A DNA stretch of 64,000 nucleotides from NCBI RefSeq assembly GCF_009914755.1, contig NC_060935.1; one strand, given 5' to 3'. This DNA is from the human T2T-CHM13v2.0 reference genome, Homo sapiens. Below are positions 13,385 through 26,685 of this stretch, in pieces. A program made the position numbers and the translations under genes. Under the pieces are notes generated by a model that was not told the origin of the DNA, ran no database searches, and saw only the letters and a program-made list of their open reading frames with translations. Within the stretch, counting starts at the first letter, position 1. Every line of letters begins with the position of its first letter.

Positions 13385-13595
13385 CATTGCTAACATTTAC
13401 AGGGAGCTTCCTATGTGCCAGGGAGAGCACTGTACAGCTCATTTCTTTTAACACACAGGGAGTATTATTATCTCCTTATTGTAGAGGAGGAAGGTGAAGT
13501 TAGCGAGTTAATTTTAGGCAACTTGCCTTAACTCACTAACTTCACCTTTCTAACCAGAGATGTGAGTCTCTGACTGCATAGCCATTCTCATATAG
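13385..13595 (-). mobile_element. MIR fragment containing an internal inverted duplication
   Basis: GCTAACATTTAC...CTATGTGCCAGG...TATTATTATCTCC...GAGGAA antisense MIR pattern. Confidence 0.65.
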
Positions 13596-14502
13596 AGGTT
13601 AGTATAGGGGGAGAGCAAAGTATGAGGAGAGACAGGAGGGTAAATGAGCCTCAGGACAGAAGCCGAGGCCTGCATGCCAAGCTCGGGGCCAGACCTTCAT
13701 CTTGCAAGTCCATGGCTTTGCCAAGGGCTGCCATCCATCAGTCAGATAAGATAGAATCAGCAAAAGTGGATCAAAAGAAAGGAAGGATAAAAGGATGGAG
13801 ACAAGAAAAGGATGAAAGAAGGAAAGAAGAAGGGAAAGGAGAAAAGGAAAAGCTGTTTTATCTTCAGGGACTTTACATAATAATTTAAGCACAAAACAGC
13901 ATACTTCTGGCTGCAGGGGACAAGTGGGTAGAGAGAAAACAGTCTCAAGGCTTGAGGCCTGGGTGGATGAGGCTGACTGGGTAAGGTTGGTTTGCTGAGT
14001 CTCGCCCTCATAATACCTCCTACTTAGCCGTTCACATTGTTCATTTTCCATGTGTTAAGGATAGTGGGGAAAATTCACTCTGATGATGTACTGAGTCAGG
14101 AATGGCCTGTAATGCTGAGAGATGATAGGCAGAGTGGGAGGGGGGAAGGGGAAATCAGTCAGTGTTCCATGGAGTTTCCCTGGAAATGCTGAATGATACC
14201 TTGGGAAGAAAACCTTGTGTCCTCTGTGGTCATAACACAATGACACACAGATTAGGGATGCTCACCCACAATGGGTAATCCCACAGACCTCAGGCAGAAT
14301 GACTCACACGGGGGCCAAACAGAGAAAATATCTCCATTATAGTATTTTATGATGGTTACACATTACAAATGTATTTAACTTACTGTAAATGTCATACGAT
14401 TGCTCCCAAAAGGAATTCTTTACTTTTAGAAAAATGAATATACTTTTCTTTTTTTCTGAAGAGGCCAAAAGGTACAATCTGAATAATCAACTTAAGACAG
14501 AA

Positions 14503-14848
14503 TGCTATGGCTTGAATGGGTCCCCCAAAATTCATCTGTTGAAGCTCTGATCACCAACGTGATGGTATGTGGAGAGGGGCCTTTGAGAGGTAATAGGTCA
14601 TGAGGAAGGGGCCCTCACGATGGGATTAGTGCCCTGTAAAGAAGAGACACCAGATGACTTACTCTCTCCACCATGTGGGGCACAGAGAGAAGGTGGCCAC
14701 ACGCAAGCCAGGAAGCTCGCCCTCACCAGGAACCAAATCTGTGCAATCTTGGACTTCCAGTCTCCAGGAATGTGGGAAATAAATGTTGGTTGTTCAAGCC
14801 ACCCAGTCTGTGGTATTTTGTTATGGCAGCCTGAGCTGACTAAGAAAC
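14503..14848 (+). mobile_element. MLT1A-like MaLR solo LTR
   Basis: TGCTATGGCTTGAATG..TCCCCCAAAATTCAT start; GTTATGGCAGCCTGAGCTGACTAAGAAACA end. Confidence 0.88.
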
Positions 14849-15194
14849 AGAACTACTGCAATTAATTCTGTGAAGAATGAAAATGGAATAATCTCCAAAC
14901 ATCACAGCCCAACAAAGCTACAGAGAAGACAAAGTGACAAAGAAGAGATAAGTGTTCTAGTTGTAACTCTCCGACTAACATAACATGTGACTTTAGGCGA
15001 GGCTTCCCTTTTCTGGCTCTTAACTATATTCAGCTATAATATAAGCTGGTTGGACTGAAATGCGTTGAGCCCCCCTCTAGTTCCTTCAGACTCTTCCCTT
15101 CTTTTTATTGTTGGTGGAATTGTTATGAACTATAACTTTACCTAGCCTAAATAGGTGAATTATATTTGTTCAAAGAGACTGAACAATTAAACAT

Positions 15195-16730
15195 TTAAAA
15201 AATTTATTTTTCTAATTGATCCATAATTATACATGTTTATGGGGTACACAGTGGTGTTTTGATACATACAATGTATAGTGCGACCAGACCAAGGTATTTA
15301 GCACATCCATTATCTCAAATGTTTATCATTTCTTTGTGTTAGAAACATTTAATACCCTCCTTCTAGATATTTAAAACCATATATTATTGTGAACTATAAT
15401 CATCCTACAGTGGGATAGAACACTATAACTTACTTCTCCTATCTAGCTGTAACTTTGTATCCTGTAACAAATATCTTCCTATCCTTATTCCTCTACTTTT
15501 CCCAGCCTCTACTATCCTCTGTTCTACTTTTGACAGGAAAGTAAGTTCTTTCTTGAAAGTATGTTCTTTCTAAGAAATGTTATGAGATTAACATTTTCTT
15601 GGCTTCCACATATGAGTGAGAGCATGTGGTGCTTAATTTTGTTCTTGCACTTAACGTAATGTCCTCTAATTCCATCCACGTTGCTGTGAATGACAGATTT
15701 CCTTCCTTTTTATGGCTGAATAGTATTCCATTGTATATTTCACGTATTCTTTATCCATTAATCTGTTGTTGGATACCTAGGTTGGCTTGGCTACTGTGAA
15801 CACTGCTGCAATAAACATGGGGGTGCAAATGTTTCCTCAAAATACTGATTTCCCTTCCTTTGGCTAGATTCCCAGTAATGGGATTGCTGGATTATCTGGT
15901 AGTTCTATTTGTAGTTTTTGAGGAACTTCCATATTGTTCTCCATAGTGGCTGTTCTAGTTTACATTCCCATCAGTAATGTATAAGAGTTCTCTTTTCTCC
16001 ATATTCTCACCAGCATTTGTTATTTTTTGTCTTTTTGATAATAGCCATCCTAACTGGGGTGAGATGTTACCTCATTGTGGTTTTGGTTTGCATTTCCCTG
16101 ATGATTAGTGATGTTGAACGTTTTTTCATGTATTTATTGGCCATCTGTATGTCTTCTTTTGAGAAATGTTTGTTCAGATCATTTGCCCATTTTATAATCA
16201 CATTGTTTTTTGCTGTTGAGGTGTTTGAGTTCCTTGTACATTCTGGATATTAATCCCCTGCTGGATAAATAGTGTGCAAGTATCTTCTCCCATTCTGTAG
16301 GTTGATCTTTTCACTTTGTTGATTGTTTCCTTTGTTATGTAGAAGCTTTATAGCTTGATATAAACACATTTCTTTATTTTTTTGGTTTTGTTGCCTGTGC
16401 TTTTGATATCTTATTTGTAAAACTTTTTCTCAGGCCAATCTATGTTTTCGTCCAGTAATTTTGTAGTTTTGGATCTTACATTCAGATCTTTAATCCATTT
16501 TGAGTTGATTTTTGTATAGATGACAAGTGGGAGTCTAGTTTCATTCTTCTGTGTATGGATATCCAGTTTCCCCAGCACCATTTATTGAAGAGATTCTCCT
16601 TTCCCCAGTGAGTATTCTTGGCACCTCTGTCAAAAATTAGTTGACTATAGGATATGTGGATTAATTTCTGGGTTCTCTATTCTGTTCCATTGGTCTATAT
16701 GTCTATTTTTATCCTAGTACCATGCTGTTT
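15195..16730 (-). mobile_element. L1MA 3' end/ORF2 C-terminus, 5'-truncated
   Basis: Antisense L1MA motifs: TTTATGGGGTACA, TTTTATGGCTGAATAGTATTCCATTG, CCAGCACCATTTATTGAAGAGA, GTACCATGCTGTTT. Confidence 0.92.
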
Positions 16731-16744
16731 TAGATTCTCTATTT

Positions 16745-17048
16745 CTTTTTTCTTTTCTTTTTTTTTTTGAGACAGAGTCTTGCTCTGTCGCCCAGGCTGG
16801 AGTGCAATGGTGCGATCTCGGCTCACTGCAAGCTCCGCCTCCTGGGTTCACGCCACTCTCCTGCCTCAGCCTCCTGAGTAGCTGGGACTACAGTGCCCGC
16901 CACCATGCCCGGCTAATTTTGTGTATTTTTAGTAGAGATGGGGTTTCACCGTATTAGCCAGGATGGTCTCGATCTCTTGACCTCATGATCCGCCCACCTT
17001 GGCCTCCCAAAGTGCTGGGGTTACAGGCGTGAGCCACCGCACCTGGCC
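16745..17048 (-). mobile_element. AluY
   Basis: AluY diagnostics (CTGCAAGCTCCGCCTCC, GGTTCACGCCA, TTAGCCAGGATGGTCTCGATCTC); TSD T(A/G)GATTCT(C/G)TATTTCT. Confidence 0.95.
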
Positions 17049-17789
17049 TGGATTCTGTATTTCTAAACAGTTCTCATTTATCTGCAAGTTATGCAATTTC
17101 TTAATTTCAATAACAAATTTTCCTAAACCTGGGGCTGACTGCTAGAGGTTTCTGGGGCTTTGGCACAATCATGAATGGTTAATACATTAAGTGCCTGAGG
17201 GCAGGTTTGGTTGCCAGACGGCTAGTTTTAAGTTTTTAAAGAACTAAAACACTAGGGCTGGTTCAGCAGTACCTGTACCTCTTCTGTCACTGAGAGCTGC
17301 TTGTGGTGAGCTCGTGCCAGCAACAGGTGTTCAGCCTCAACTGTCATCACAGGTAGGTGGGCAAGACCAATTAGGCAGTGCAAAATCATTAGTGTGTGTA
17401 ATTATTCCAGCTTCCCTTTGAAAGGCTGGCCATGGGAGAGATAGATGGACAGTAGAGGGGTCTGGCTGTCTGGGTGGGTGGAGGAAGGTGGGAGTGTTTC
17501 ATGGAATTTCACGGTCCCCTTGGCAAACATAACTTGAGCCATTAGACTGATCTCATCCATCTTGATGTTATTTCCCTCAGCAAGCAATAACCTCAGCTTT
17601 CCACGGCCTGTGGTTTCTGTGAGTTGGGAATGAATTCCCTCACTCTGAGTGAAGGTGTCCAACTGGAAACAGAAAAAGAAGAAGTATTTAGCCCATAAAG
17701 GCTTTTTGTCATCAGGGAGTGGCCATAATTTGGAGGAGTCCCATGGATAAAGGTCACTTTGGACACCAGTATAAGCTGGAGGGGCGATG

Positions 17790-18560
17790 AATCAGTCAGT
17801 CAGGCATTCTTAGAACTTATTAAGCATCCGCTGTGTACCAGGCCCTATACTAACTGTTTCATATACTGGAGATGAACAACTGTGGTTCTTATGTTCCAGG
17901 AATTTATATATTAACAAGAAGGATGAAAGCAGAAACTATTAGATTTAATAACATGGATTACAGGTCTTCGACCACCTTGGCTTATTTAAAGAAAACAGCA
18001 ATTTCTTAAGGGTCAGCCATGTGTTATGTCTTAAATATAACAGGCTTTGGGCATGTAGAGGAAAAAATGACCCATTTAAATGTTGGACAGTTGTGAAAAA
18101 GGGTTTACTGAGGAGATGACATTTAACTTTGGCCTTGAAGAGATAATAAGATTTTGAAAATATTTTAAGAAGTGAGTTGAAAAGGAAGGAAATTGCATGT
18201 ATTCCATAAATAGTTATGGAGCATCTCCTCTGTGCAGCATGGTATAATATGCTTGAGATAAAATGTTCAGCCTATATAGCTGATAGTCTCTGTCTTCTTG
18301 GAATTTACATTCCAAAGAGGGAGGCAGATCCTATGGAATAAATGTCCAATTAATCATTTAACTACAATTCTGAGAGGTGCTACAAAGAAGCAAAGTCTGC
18401 TATGAGAGAAAATAACTGGGAGCCTGACTTGCTCTGTGTGGCCCGGATAAGCCTTAGGTCGATTCTCCAGGATAAGAAGGAATTAACCAGAATAAGATAC
18501 TAGTTGTAGAGAGCATCCCAAACAGAGAAATTAGCATTTGCAAAGGCCCACAGTAGGCCA
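17790..18560 (-). mobile_element. L2 LINE fragments
   Basis: TTATTAAGCATCCGCTGTGTACCAGG, GAGGAGATGACATTTAACTTTGGCCTTGAAG, GCATTTGCAAAGGCCC. Confidence 0.6.
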
Positions 18561-19134
18561 AGGAGGCAGCATTTTGCCTCTTTGGGATTTTAAGATTCTG
18601 AAGAGTATGCTTCTCTCTGATCTAATCACATTTCTAGGGCTCTGCCTCTCCCTAAATATACACTAGGAGACCTGGGTTCTAGATGCAGCCAAATCACTAA
18701 GCAGGTGCTAAGCGAAGATATTTCAGCTAGGAGTCTCTAATCATAAAATGACTTAAATAGATCATTCCCACAGCAGCTTATAGTGTTGTATATCTAAAAT
18801 GGTTTTATAAACAGATGCCTAAGGAAGGATAGCTCCAAGGGCTTAGGTTGGTGCTTGCATTCTGTGAAATTTCTATGTTCAGATAAAAATTTTAAGTGGA
18901 ATTCCTTTTTGTTTCCTAGCTTGACTCAGCAATAGGAAGCATTTTCAGGAATGCTTATGGTCATAAACTTTGCTTTGGTCTGATGATGTTAGTAGTGCTC
19001 CTATATCCTATATTCTGCTCCATCATTCCTTCCCTTCACCTGCAATCTAACGGTCATCTTAGTTTATTCTTAGACCTCCCAGATGTTCACCACTGCCCCC
19101 CTTCAAAAGACCTCCAGAAAAACTTGCTTATTAG

Positions 19135-19482
<348 letters not shown>

Positions 19483-20284
19483 TGGAAGAACGCCATCTTG
19501 ACAGAGTGTTCCCAGTATCTCAAAAAGGCTAAGTATGTTACAGGGTTTTAGAGCTTGGACAGGGTGATGTTAAATCATGTCCTGAAAGGTAGAGAACCAG
19601 TTGAGATTGGGTAGAGTTGATGCATGTTAGCTTTGGGTTAATGAGACCAGTGAGGAGAGGTCTTGAAGTACGTCTTATTGAATAAGCTATTAGTCTTGTT
19701 AAGTAAGCTGTTTTTATTGGTTCACCATCTTATCTTTCAGGAACAAATATTTTCTGGAGCAAGTCACTAAGATTTGTTTTGCCTAGACACAGTCTTGTTT
19801 ATTGATAAAAGTGGAGCATATATTTAGTCCCAGAACTATTTAGCATAAGTGTGAGAAAACATGTTGGTTTCATTTCTCACAGGTCAGTCAGCTAAAGGGG
19901 ACACATATCTGTGTGGAAGGAAAATTATTTAATAAAACGAAAACTGAATAAAAATGAAAGCAAAGTAAAGTAATTAAGGCTACTGGTTTTTTCCAATTGT
20001 TCTTAGATTTTCAGCCTCCTTTTCGGATTCTTGCTGATTCTCCTTAGGCCTTACACCCAGTAAGCCCTAGGGGAAATGGGCTGAAAACCGTTGGGAGCTC
20101 TTACCTGAGTGAGTATCAGAGTCACCCACAGCTGTGGGGCACAGGCACTTTCTAAGTGTCTCCCCTTCCAGACATGTGTGGATCATCTCGGCAGGGCTCA
20201 GTGTGCTGGTGAAGGAGCTCCCAATGGGCTCCAGATGGAGAAACAGTGCCCTGAGTCTGCCAGCTGAGGTCAAAATGGAGACAA

Positions 20285-20410
20285 GGCCGGGCGCAGTGGC
20301 TCGTGCCTGGAGTCCCAGTACTTTGGGCAGCCACGGCTGGAGGATCACTTGTTGCCCAGGATTACCTGGCAACATATCGAGACCCTGTCTCCACGAAATA
20401 AAAACAAAAA
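20285..20410 (+). mobile_element. FLAM / free left Alu monomer
   Basis: GGCCGGGCGCAGTGGCTC...GGAGGATCACTTG...GAGACCCTGTCTC followed by an A-rich tail; single monomer. Confidence 0.85.
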
Positions 20411-20532
20411 CCTGAGTGAGACTGGCCTGCGTTGCTGGAGAGGTGAAGAATGGAGTTGGGAGGGAAATGAGAGGCTGGACAGCTGGTGCAGCCTGAAAGT
20501 CTCTGTGCCTCTTTCATGGACTCTTTGCTTCC

Positions 20533-21130
20533 TGTAAACCAAAAATAAAATTATAAGCCCCCCACCCCCAACCATCCGAATGCCCTCTTTAGCCAGGGCA
20601 CTCTAAGATTTAACCTGAAAGACTGGTTGAGGCTGCGACAGGAAGAGAGGGTTGGAAATGCCTCATTAAACCTCTCTAGCATTAAAGCAGACTTTCGGTC
20701 TGGCAAGAAACATGTACAATCTGTTCTCTCTGAAGGCTGCTACCTGGAGGCTTCATCTGCATGACAAAACTGTGGTCTCTACAACCTCTTATCAAAACCC
20801 AGACACTCCTTTCTATTGATTCCAGCTCTTTAGATAAACTCTTTCAACTAATTGCCAATCAGAGAAAGTTTAAATCTACCTATAACCTGGAAGCCCCCGT
20901 CCCCACCTTCAAGTTGTCCTACCTTTCTGGACCAAACCAATGTAAATCTTAAATGTATTTGATTGATGTCTCATGTCTCCCCAAAATGTATAAAGCCAAG
21001 CTGCACCCCACTCACCTTGGGCACATGTTCTCAGGATCTCCTGATGGCTATGTCACAGGCCATGGCCACTTATATTTGGCTCAGAATAAATCTTTTCGAA
21101 CATTTTACAGAGTCTGACACTTCGTTGACA
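20533..21130 (+). mobile_element. MER4-family (MER4B-like) ERV1 solo LTR
   Basis: TGTAAACCAAAAATAAAATT start; CACCTTGGGCACATG..CAGGA; GGCTCAGAATAAATC poly(A) signal; TTCGTTGACA end. Confidence 0.88.
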
Positions 21131-21203
21131 CTCTTCTTCATGTCTAGCCACTTGCAGCCTTCAGTGAAGGACTGGATGCCATCACCTTAAAAACGAGGTT
21201 GTT

Positions 21204-21521
<318 letters not shown>

Positions 21522-23412
21522 AGGTGGTCACCCTCCACAGACAATGGAAATGAGTCTGCAGGTTCCAAGACCGTTGTACTCCACAGTCATGCTCTGACTG
21601 TAAGATCTTCTACTAAAAACAAAATTCTGTGGACCTAAGCGACTAGCTGTGTACGAGGCTCTGGGAACACACAGTGAGCAGCACAAGCAGTCCTGCCTTG
21701 GGAGGCCTGGTCTAGAGGCTGCACGTAAAGACAAGGACAATGTGGCTTGAGAAGTTCGTTAAAAAGAAGCACAGAGGTCAGAACTCATGGGAACAGCATT
21801 TGATACAGACATGGGGCTAATGGGGCTGGGGGTAGGAAGAAGCCATATCAGACTATTTCTTTCAGAAAAAGTTGGACTTCATTTTCGAAATCTAACAAGT
21901 TCACTTGCATCCCTGTGACAATTGTCTCACTTCTGAATCCAAATTCTTAGCTGAGGCATAAATAGCCTTAGCCTGGGCTTGTCACCAGATGAAGTCCAAT
22001 ACCTTCACCTCCAGTATTTTCTAAGGAAAATATGTCCTTACGTCTCTGTCGGGGAATCTCCTTCAGGACAGATGAGTTCCAGAGGTGTCCCTGTGTGTGG
22101 CACCCAGGAGGTTTTCACAGTGCAAGAAATGTGCCTTTGGGAGATTCAGGATGGGTGAGAGGCACACAGTGTTTTTATAAAGCGGAAGTTGGCTGAGGGG
22201 AAGAAAAGAGTTCAGAAATGTGAACTACAGAAGCAGGTATATTATGAGGCAGAAATAATACACATCTAAGTTGAGAATCTGAACATTAATTCCCTTAAAA
22301 CAGTCAATGCTTGACTAGTCCCTAGAAAAATTTTCATGGACCCCTATTTAAAGAATATTCATTTAAAAATAACTCTCATTTGCAAACTTAGCTGAGAAGC
22401 ACTCCATTCATTCAGTATTTAGATTGCAGGAATCACCCCTCCCCCCAAGTTTACAGACCTCCCTTCTCTCCTTTCAAAAGAACATACATGTTTAGGCCAG
22501 AGTGGGCTGGGGCAAAGATGCCAAAGCCCACAGGCTGAATTCCCATTCCCCTCCTCCCACCCTGCACAGCTTCCCTCACCTGAACTGTGGAGACTTCTAA
22601 AGCAGGGGCACCACTCTGCCTCGGGGTTGGTCCTCTGGGGTAGGTAGTAAGGTTAATTGAGCCTCAGGCTGTTTCCATGACAACAAAACAAATGGTGTGG
22701 TTCATAGAATCACAGTTTTGCTACAGCTGAAAGAATTTCAACCTGTCCAACGCTTATTTTATAGGTATGGAAACTGAAGCCAGAGAGATGGGTGATTGAT
22801 GTTCCCCACATTTCACAGCTTGTCAGTGGCAGAACTGGAGATGCGAGACAAGGCTCCTGATTTTCAAAACCAGGGCTGCACCTGCAGCAATGAAGTTATT
22901 TGACACACAGGGAGAGAACAAATGGGTGGACTGATTGTATTGTTCGCTTTTCACCTAGCTGCCCCACTGTCCTTTAGACGTGCCTGTGATTTCTTCATCT
23001 GGGAAACCAGATGACCATGTACATCTCAGGGATTTTCAGAGGAACCGCAGCTGCAGGTGACTGAATCACTCTCCTAAGAGTCAGTTTTTCACAACCTTGA
23101 TCACCCCTCAAGTGGCCTCAGAGTCCCCAGGATTCCTACTGGGCTAGAGCTGGACAACGGTCGGAAATGCTTCTAATTATTCCAAATTACATATGCTTCA
23201 AAATGAAAACCCTGAGCAAAATCAGCTGCTTCTCTGGAGCTTTTTCATTTAATTTGGACTTAACTGCCCATTCCACACTTTGTACGTGCTGGAAATTCCA
23301 GAGGATCAGAGCAGGTCAGCCATGATCAACTCCCAATTAAAGACCCCCATCAGCTGCACCTGACCCAGATGTAAAACAGCCCTCCGTGATTCTGGGAGAG
23401 GCCAATACCTGT

Positions 23413-23810
23413 TGTCTCAGCCTGTTTATGCTGCTATAGCAAAATACCTTAGACTGGACAATTTACAGATAACATACATTTATTGCTGATAGTTCTGGAG
23501 GCGGGAAAGCCCAAGATCAAGGAACTGGCAGGTTCGGTGTCTGGTTTCGTCTCTGCTTCCAAGATGGCACCTTGTTGCTGTGTCCTCACATGGCCACAAG
23601 CACAAGGGTAAAAGGACTTAGCTTTCCCAGACCTTTTTTAGTTTTTTAATTTTTATTTTACTTTAAGTTCCAGCCTGTTCATAAGGTCACTAATCCTATT
23701 CACGAGGGATCCACCCTCATGACCTCCTAAAGGCCCTACTCTTAATACTATCACATTTGTGTTCAGGTTTCAGCATGAATTCTGGAGAGGACACACACAT
23801 TCAAACCATA
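23413..23810 (-). mobile_element. MST-family MaLR LTR
   Basis: TGTCTCAGCCTGTTTATGCTGCTATAGCAAAATACCTTAGACTGG...CATTCAAACCATAG. Confidence 0.85.
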
Positions 23811-26685
23811 GTCTCTTGTTGAGTGGGACTTCAGAGTTGGAGAAAAACACATCCTCCTTGCTTGGACATCATCACCTTCCCATTCCTCTGTCTGAAAGGA
23901 TCCTGAGATGTGCCTATAGACATCAGCATGATGGTACATCTGAAACCAAGCCTCCATGGAGCGTGCAGATGAATCAAGTCTAAAGAGCGAGGAAAAAACA
24001 GAAATGAGTAATTGGTGAATTTAGGAAGAATAGAGAGTTCATCAGGGTAATCAGAAACAGTTTTAACATCAAAATTAGCAATCTCATTTCCTGAGTCCAT
24101 GGGTAATTATGTCTCATCATTTTAGAAATGCCTATAATAAATCTTTTAAAAATAAATTCCAGTAACTTTGGAGAAAAATAAGAACCCAAATGAATATGAC
24201 AATTATCTAGAGTTTAAAAATATTAGGATGAGAAGGGATTTTTAGAAATCATCTGTAAAATGCAGATGATACACATACCACTTAGAATTTTGGTGAAGAT
24301 GAAATGTTAGAATGAATGTGACCCACTTAGCCAGAGCCTTGTATATACTATTATTATTTCAGCAAATATGGTTTGATCACTTTATGGGCCAAGGAAAAAT
24401 GTGAGGTCTGGAGAGACTGACTTGTCTGTGGTCAGAAAGCTGCCACTGAACAACCCAAGATTAACATCCTTTAGAGTGATGCCCAGTATGGAATCCTTTC
24501 TGCTTTGCACAGTTTCAACACCCAGCAAGTTTACATCAACATGTTGTAACTCAACCCCAAAACTCTAGAAAATGCTAAGGAAGATGAGACTTTCTCAAAG
24601 ACTCCTGGTGCATTTCAGTCACTACACATTGTTTGAGGTTGCTGGAGGAATCACGGAAGGCTTTGTTTCCTCCAGAGACTTGGGCATTCACGTTGGTTAG
24701 GGGGCTGCTCAGGAGGGCCTTTGGGAAGGAGAATTGGGAAGAAGGTGGTTAAGGCTTATATGGTAAATGATGCCTTTTGAAAAGGACGTGATGAAGCCTT
24801 CTCTTTTACCCCAAATTTCCAGAAAACTCACCTACAGTGGATATTTACTTTGGCCTCTCTCAGAATCACTGGAGTCTGCTTCATATCAGAATTCTGAGGA
24901 GCCGATTAGGGAGAGAATATGAGTTGGCAAAGCATGGGGTTGGCTGGCCAGGTTTGTCCTACCAGAGTCTCCACGAGGGGCTCTTTAACAGAGAGAAGCA
25001 GAGGTAGACCACGCAACTCATGCACCTATTAAAACTTTCCTAATAACATATAAATCCTCTAACTTTTTTTTAGCTTGGAAAAAAAAGCTATTAAATACTT
25101 TGTTACTAAGGTATTCTATTAAATTCATTCTTTTAAATGTTGGTGTATCTTTCCCCCTCTATTCATTGGATTTGGCTATTTTTTTTATAGCTTTAGACAA
25201 CCTTTCTATTCAAGTTTATGTTTAGCTGCTTTTTAAAATATATATTTTTTTATTCTTGTTTTTACCTCCTTCCCTCCTCCCTGGTACTGTCCTGGATTTT
25301 AAAGAACGTATTTTTGGGGAGGATTGGAAGAAAAGGCTGAGGCTAGAGCTTGCTCAGTCATACTTACCTAATCACGGCCATTCATCCTTCACAGCATTCC
25401 ATTCCCTCTTTGCGTGTGTGTGGATGTGAGTCTATCTATATGTATGAAGGCTGAGATATATCAACTTTTGAAAAAAAGATGGGTAAATTATATGTATTTA
25501 TAATTTTGTTATGAATTCCACATGATGGTATGAGAATATTTATTAGGAAGACTGCACCAACTTTGATAATCCAAGAAGGCATCTCTGATAAAATTGTATT
25601 TGAGCTGAGAAATGGAGGAGAGGCCTTAGGGAAGAAAGAGAGCATGTGAAAAGGCCCTGTGCCAGGAAGGAGCACAGATACAGCTAAAGAGTAGGAGGAA
25701 GTCCAGCAGATCTGTAGCACAGAAATTAAAGAAGAGAATGACTAAAGAGAAGATTGGTCTGTGAATTGGGGCTCGAGCAGGCAGGCCCTTCGGGGCTGTG
25801 ATAATATTTTAAGCAACACAAGTTAAAAAAAAAACTGCAAATATTCTAATATTTATGACAAAAACCACAAGTCTGCACACACATTTTGTATTCACATACA
25901 TGTATATAGATGCATCTGCAGGGGCCTGGGATTGAGGGGGCTTGTCAAGGAAGACTTAACTCTTAACCTTCTTTTTATTTTTTAAATTTTATTTTAAATA
26001 AATAAAATGTAAACATATAATTGAAAATAAATCATTTTAAGGGAAAACTTTTCTGTAAGTTTTTAAAAAGGCACCAATCACAGTCAATTGAAGGGGCTCC
26101 AGATGGGCTTTATGTAGGAGGCTGCATTTTCGCAAGACTTGAAAGCAGAAATGGGGCCAGGCATTGGCTAGTCATGAGCGAGTGTGTGGAGGTGGAGATT
26201 TTAGGACATTGTTGGGATATGGTGGGTGAGCCAGGATTTAGATACGTGAAGGGATATGGCTGGAGAGGATATGGCTGGAGAGGAGGCTTGAGGAGACCTT
26301 GGATTCAAGTTGTTTTTATTGTATTCCATGGACAAAGAAGAGTTTATTGAAGACTTTTGACCAAGGCAATGACATTATCATAGTTATGATTTGTGAATTC
26401 CAACCTGGCACAGGCATCTGAGATGATGTAAAAAGAAGCAAAACTCTAAATGGGAGAACTAGTGAAAGGTGAATGTAGCAATTTGGCTCAGATTTCCTGA
26501 TGTCTTGCTCTCCATAGTACCAATAAAAATAAGAAAGCAAGAGAGACATTTGCAAATGGAGTTTAACAGTGCAGCAAATTTGGAAATCATAATTTTTTTT
26601 CTTTATGGAGTAATAAAACAGCCCCTTTGTACCATGTATATTGATGAGCCCACAGAGTCTGACTGTACAAACCAGCTTATAGAAT

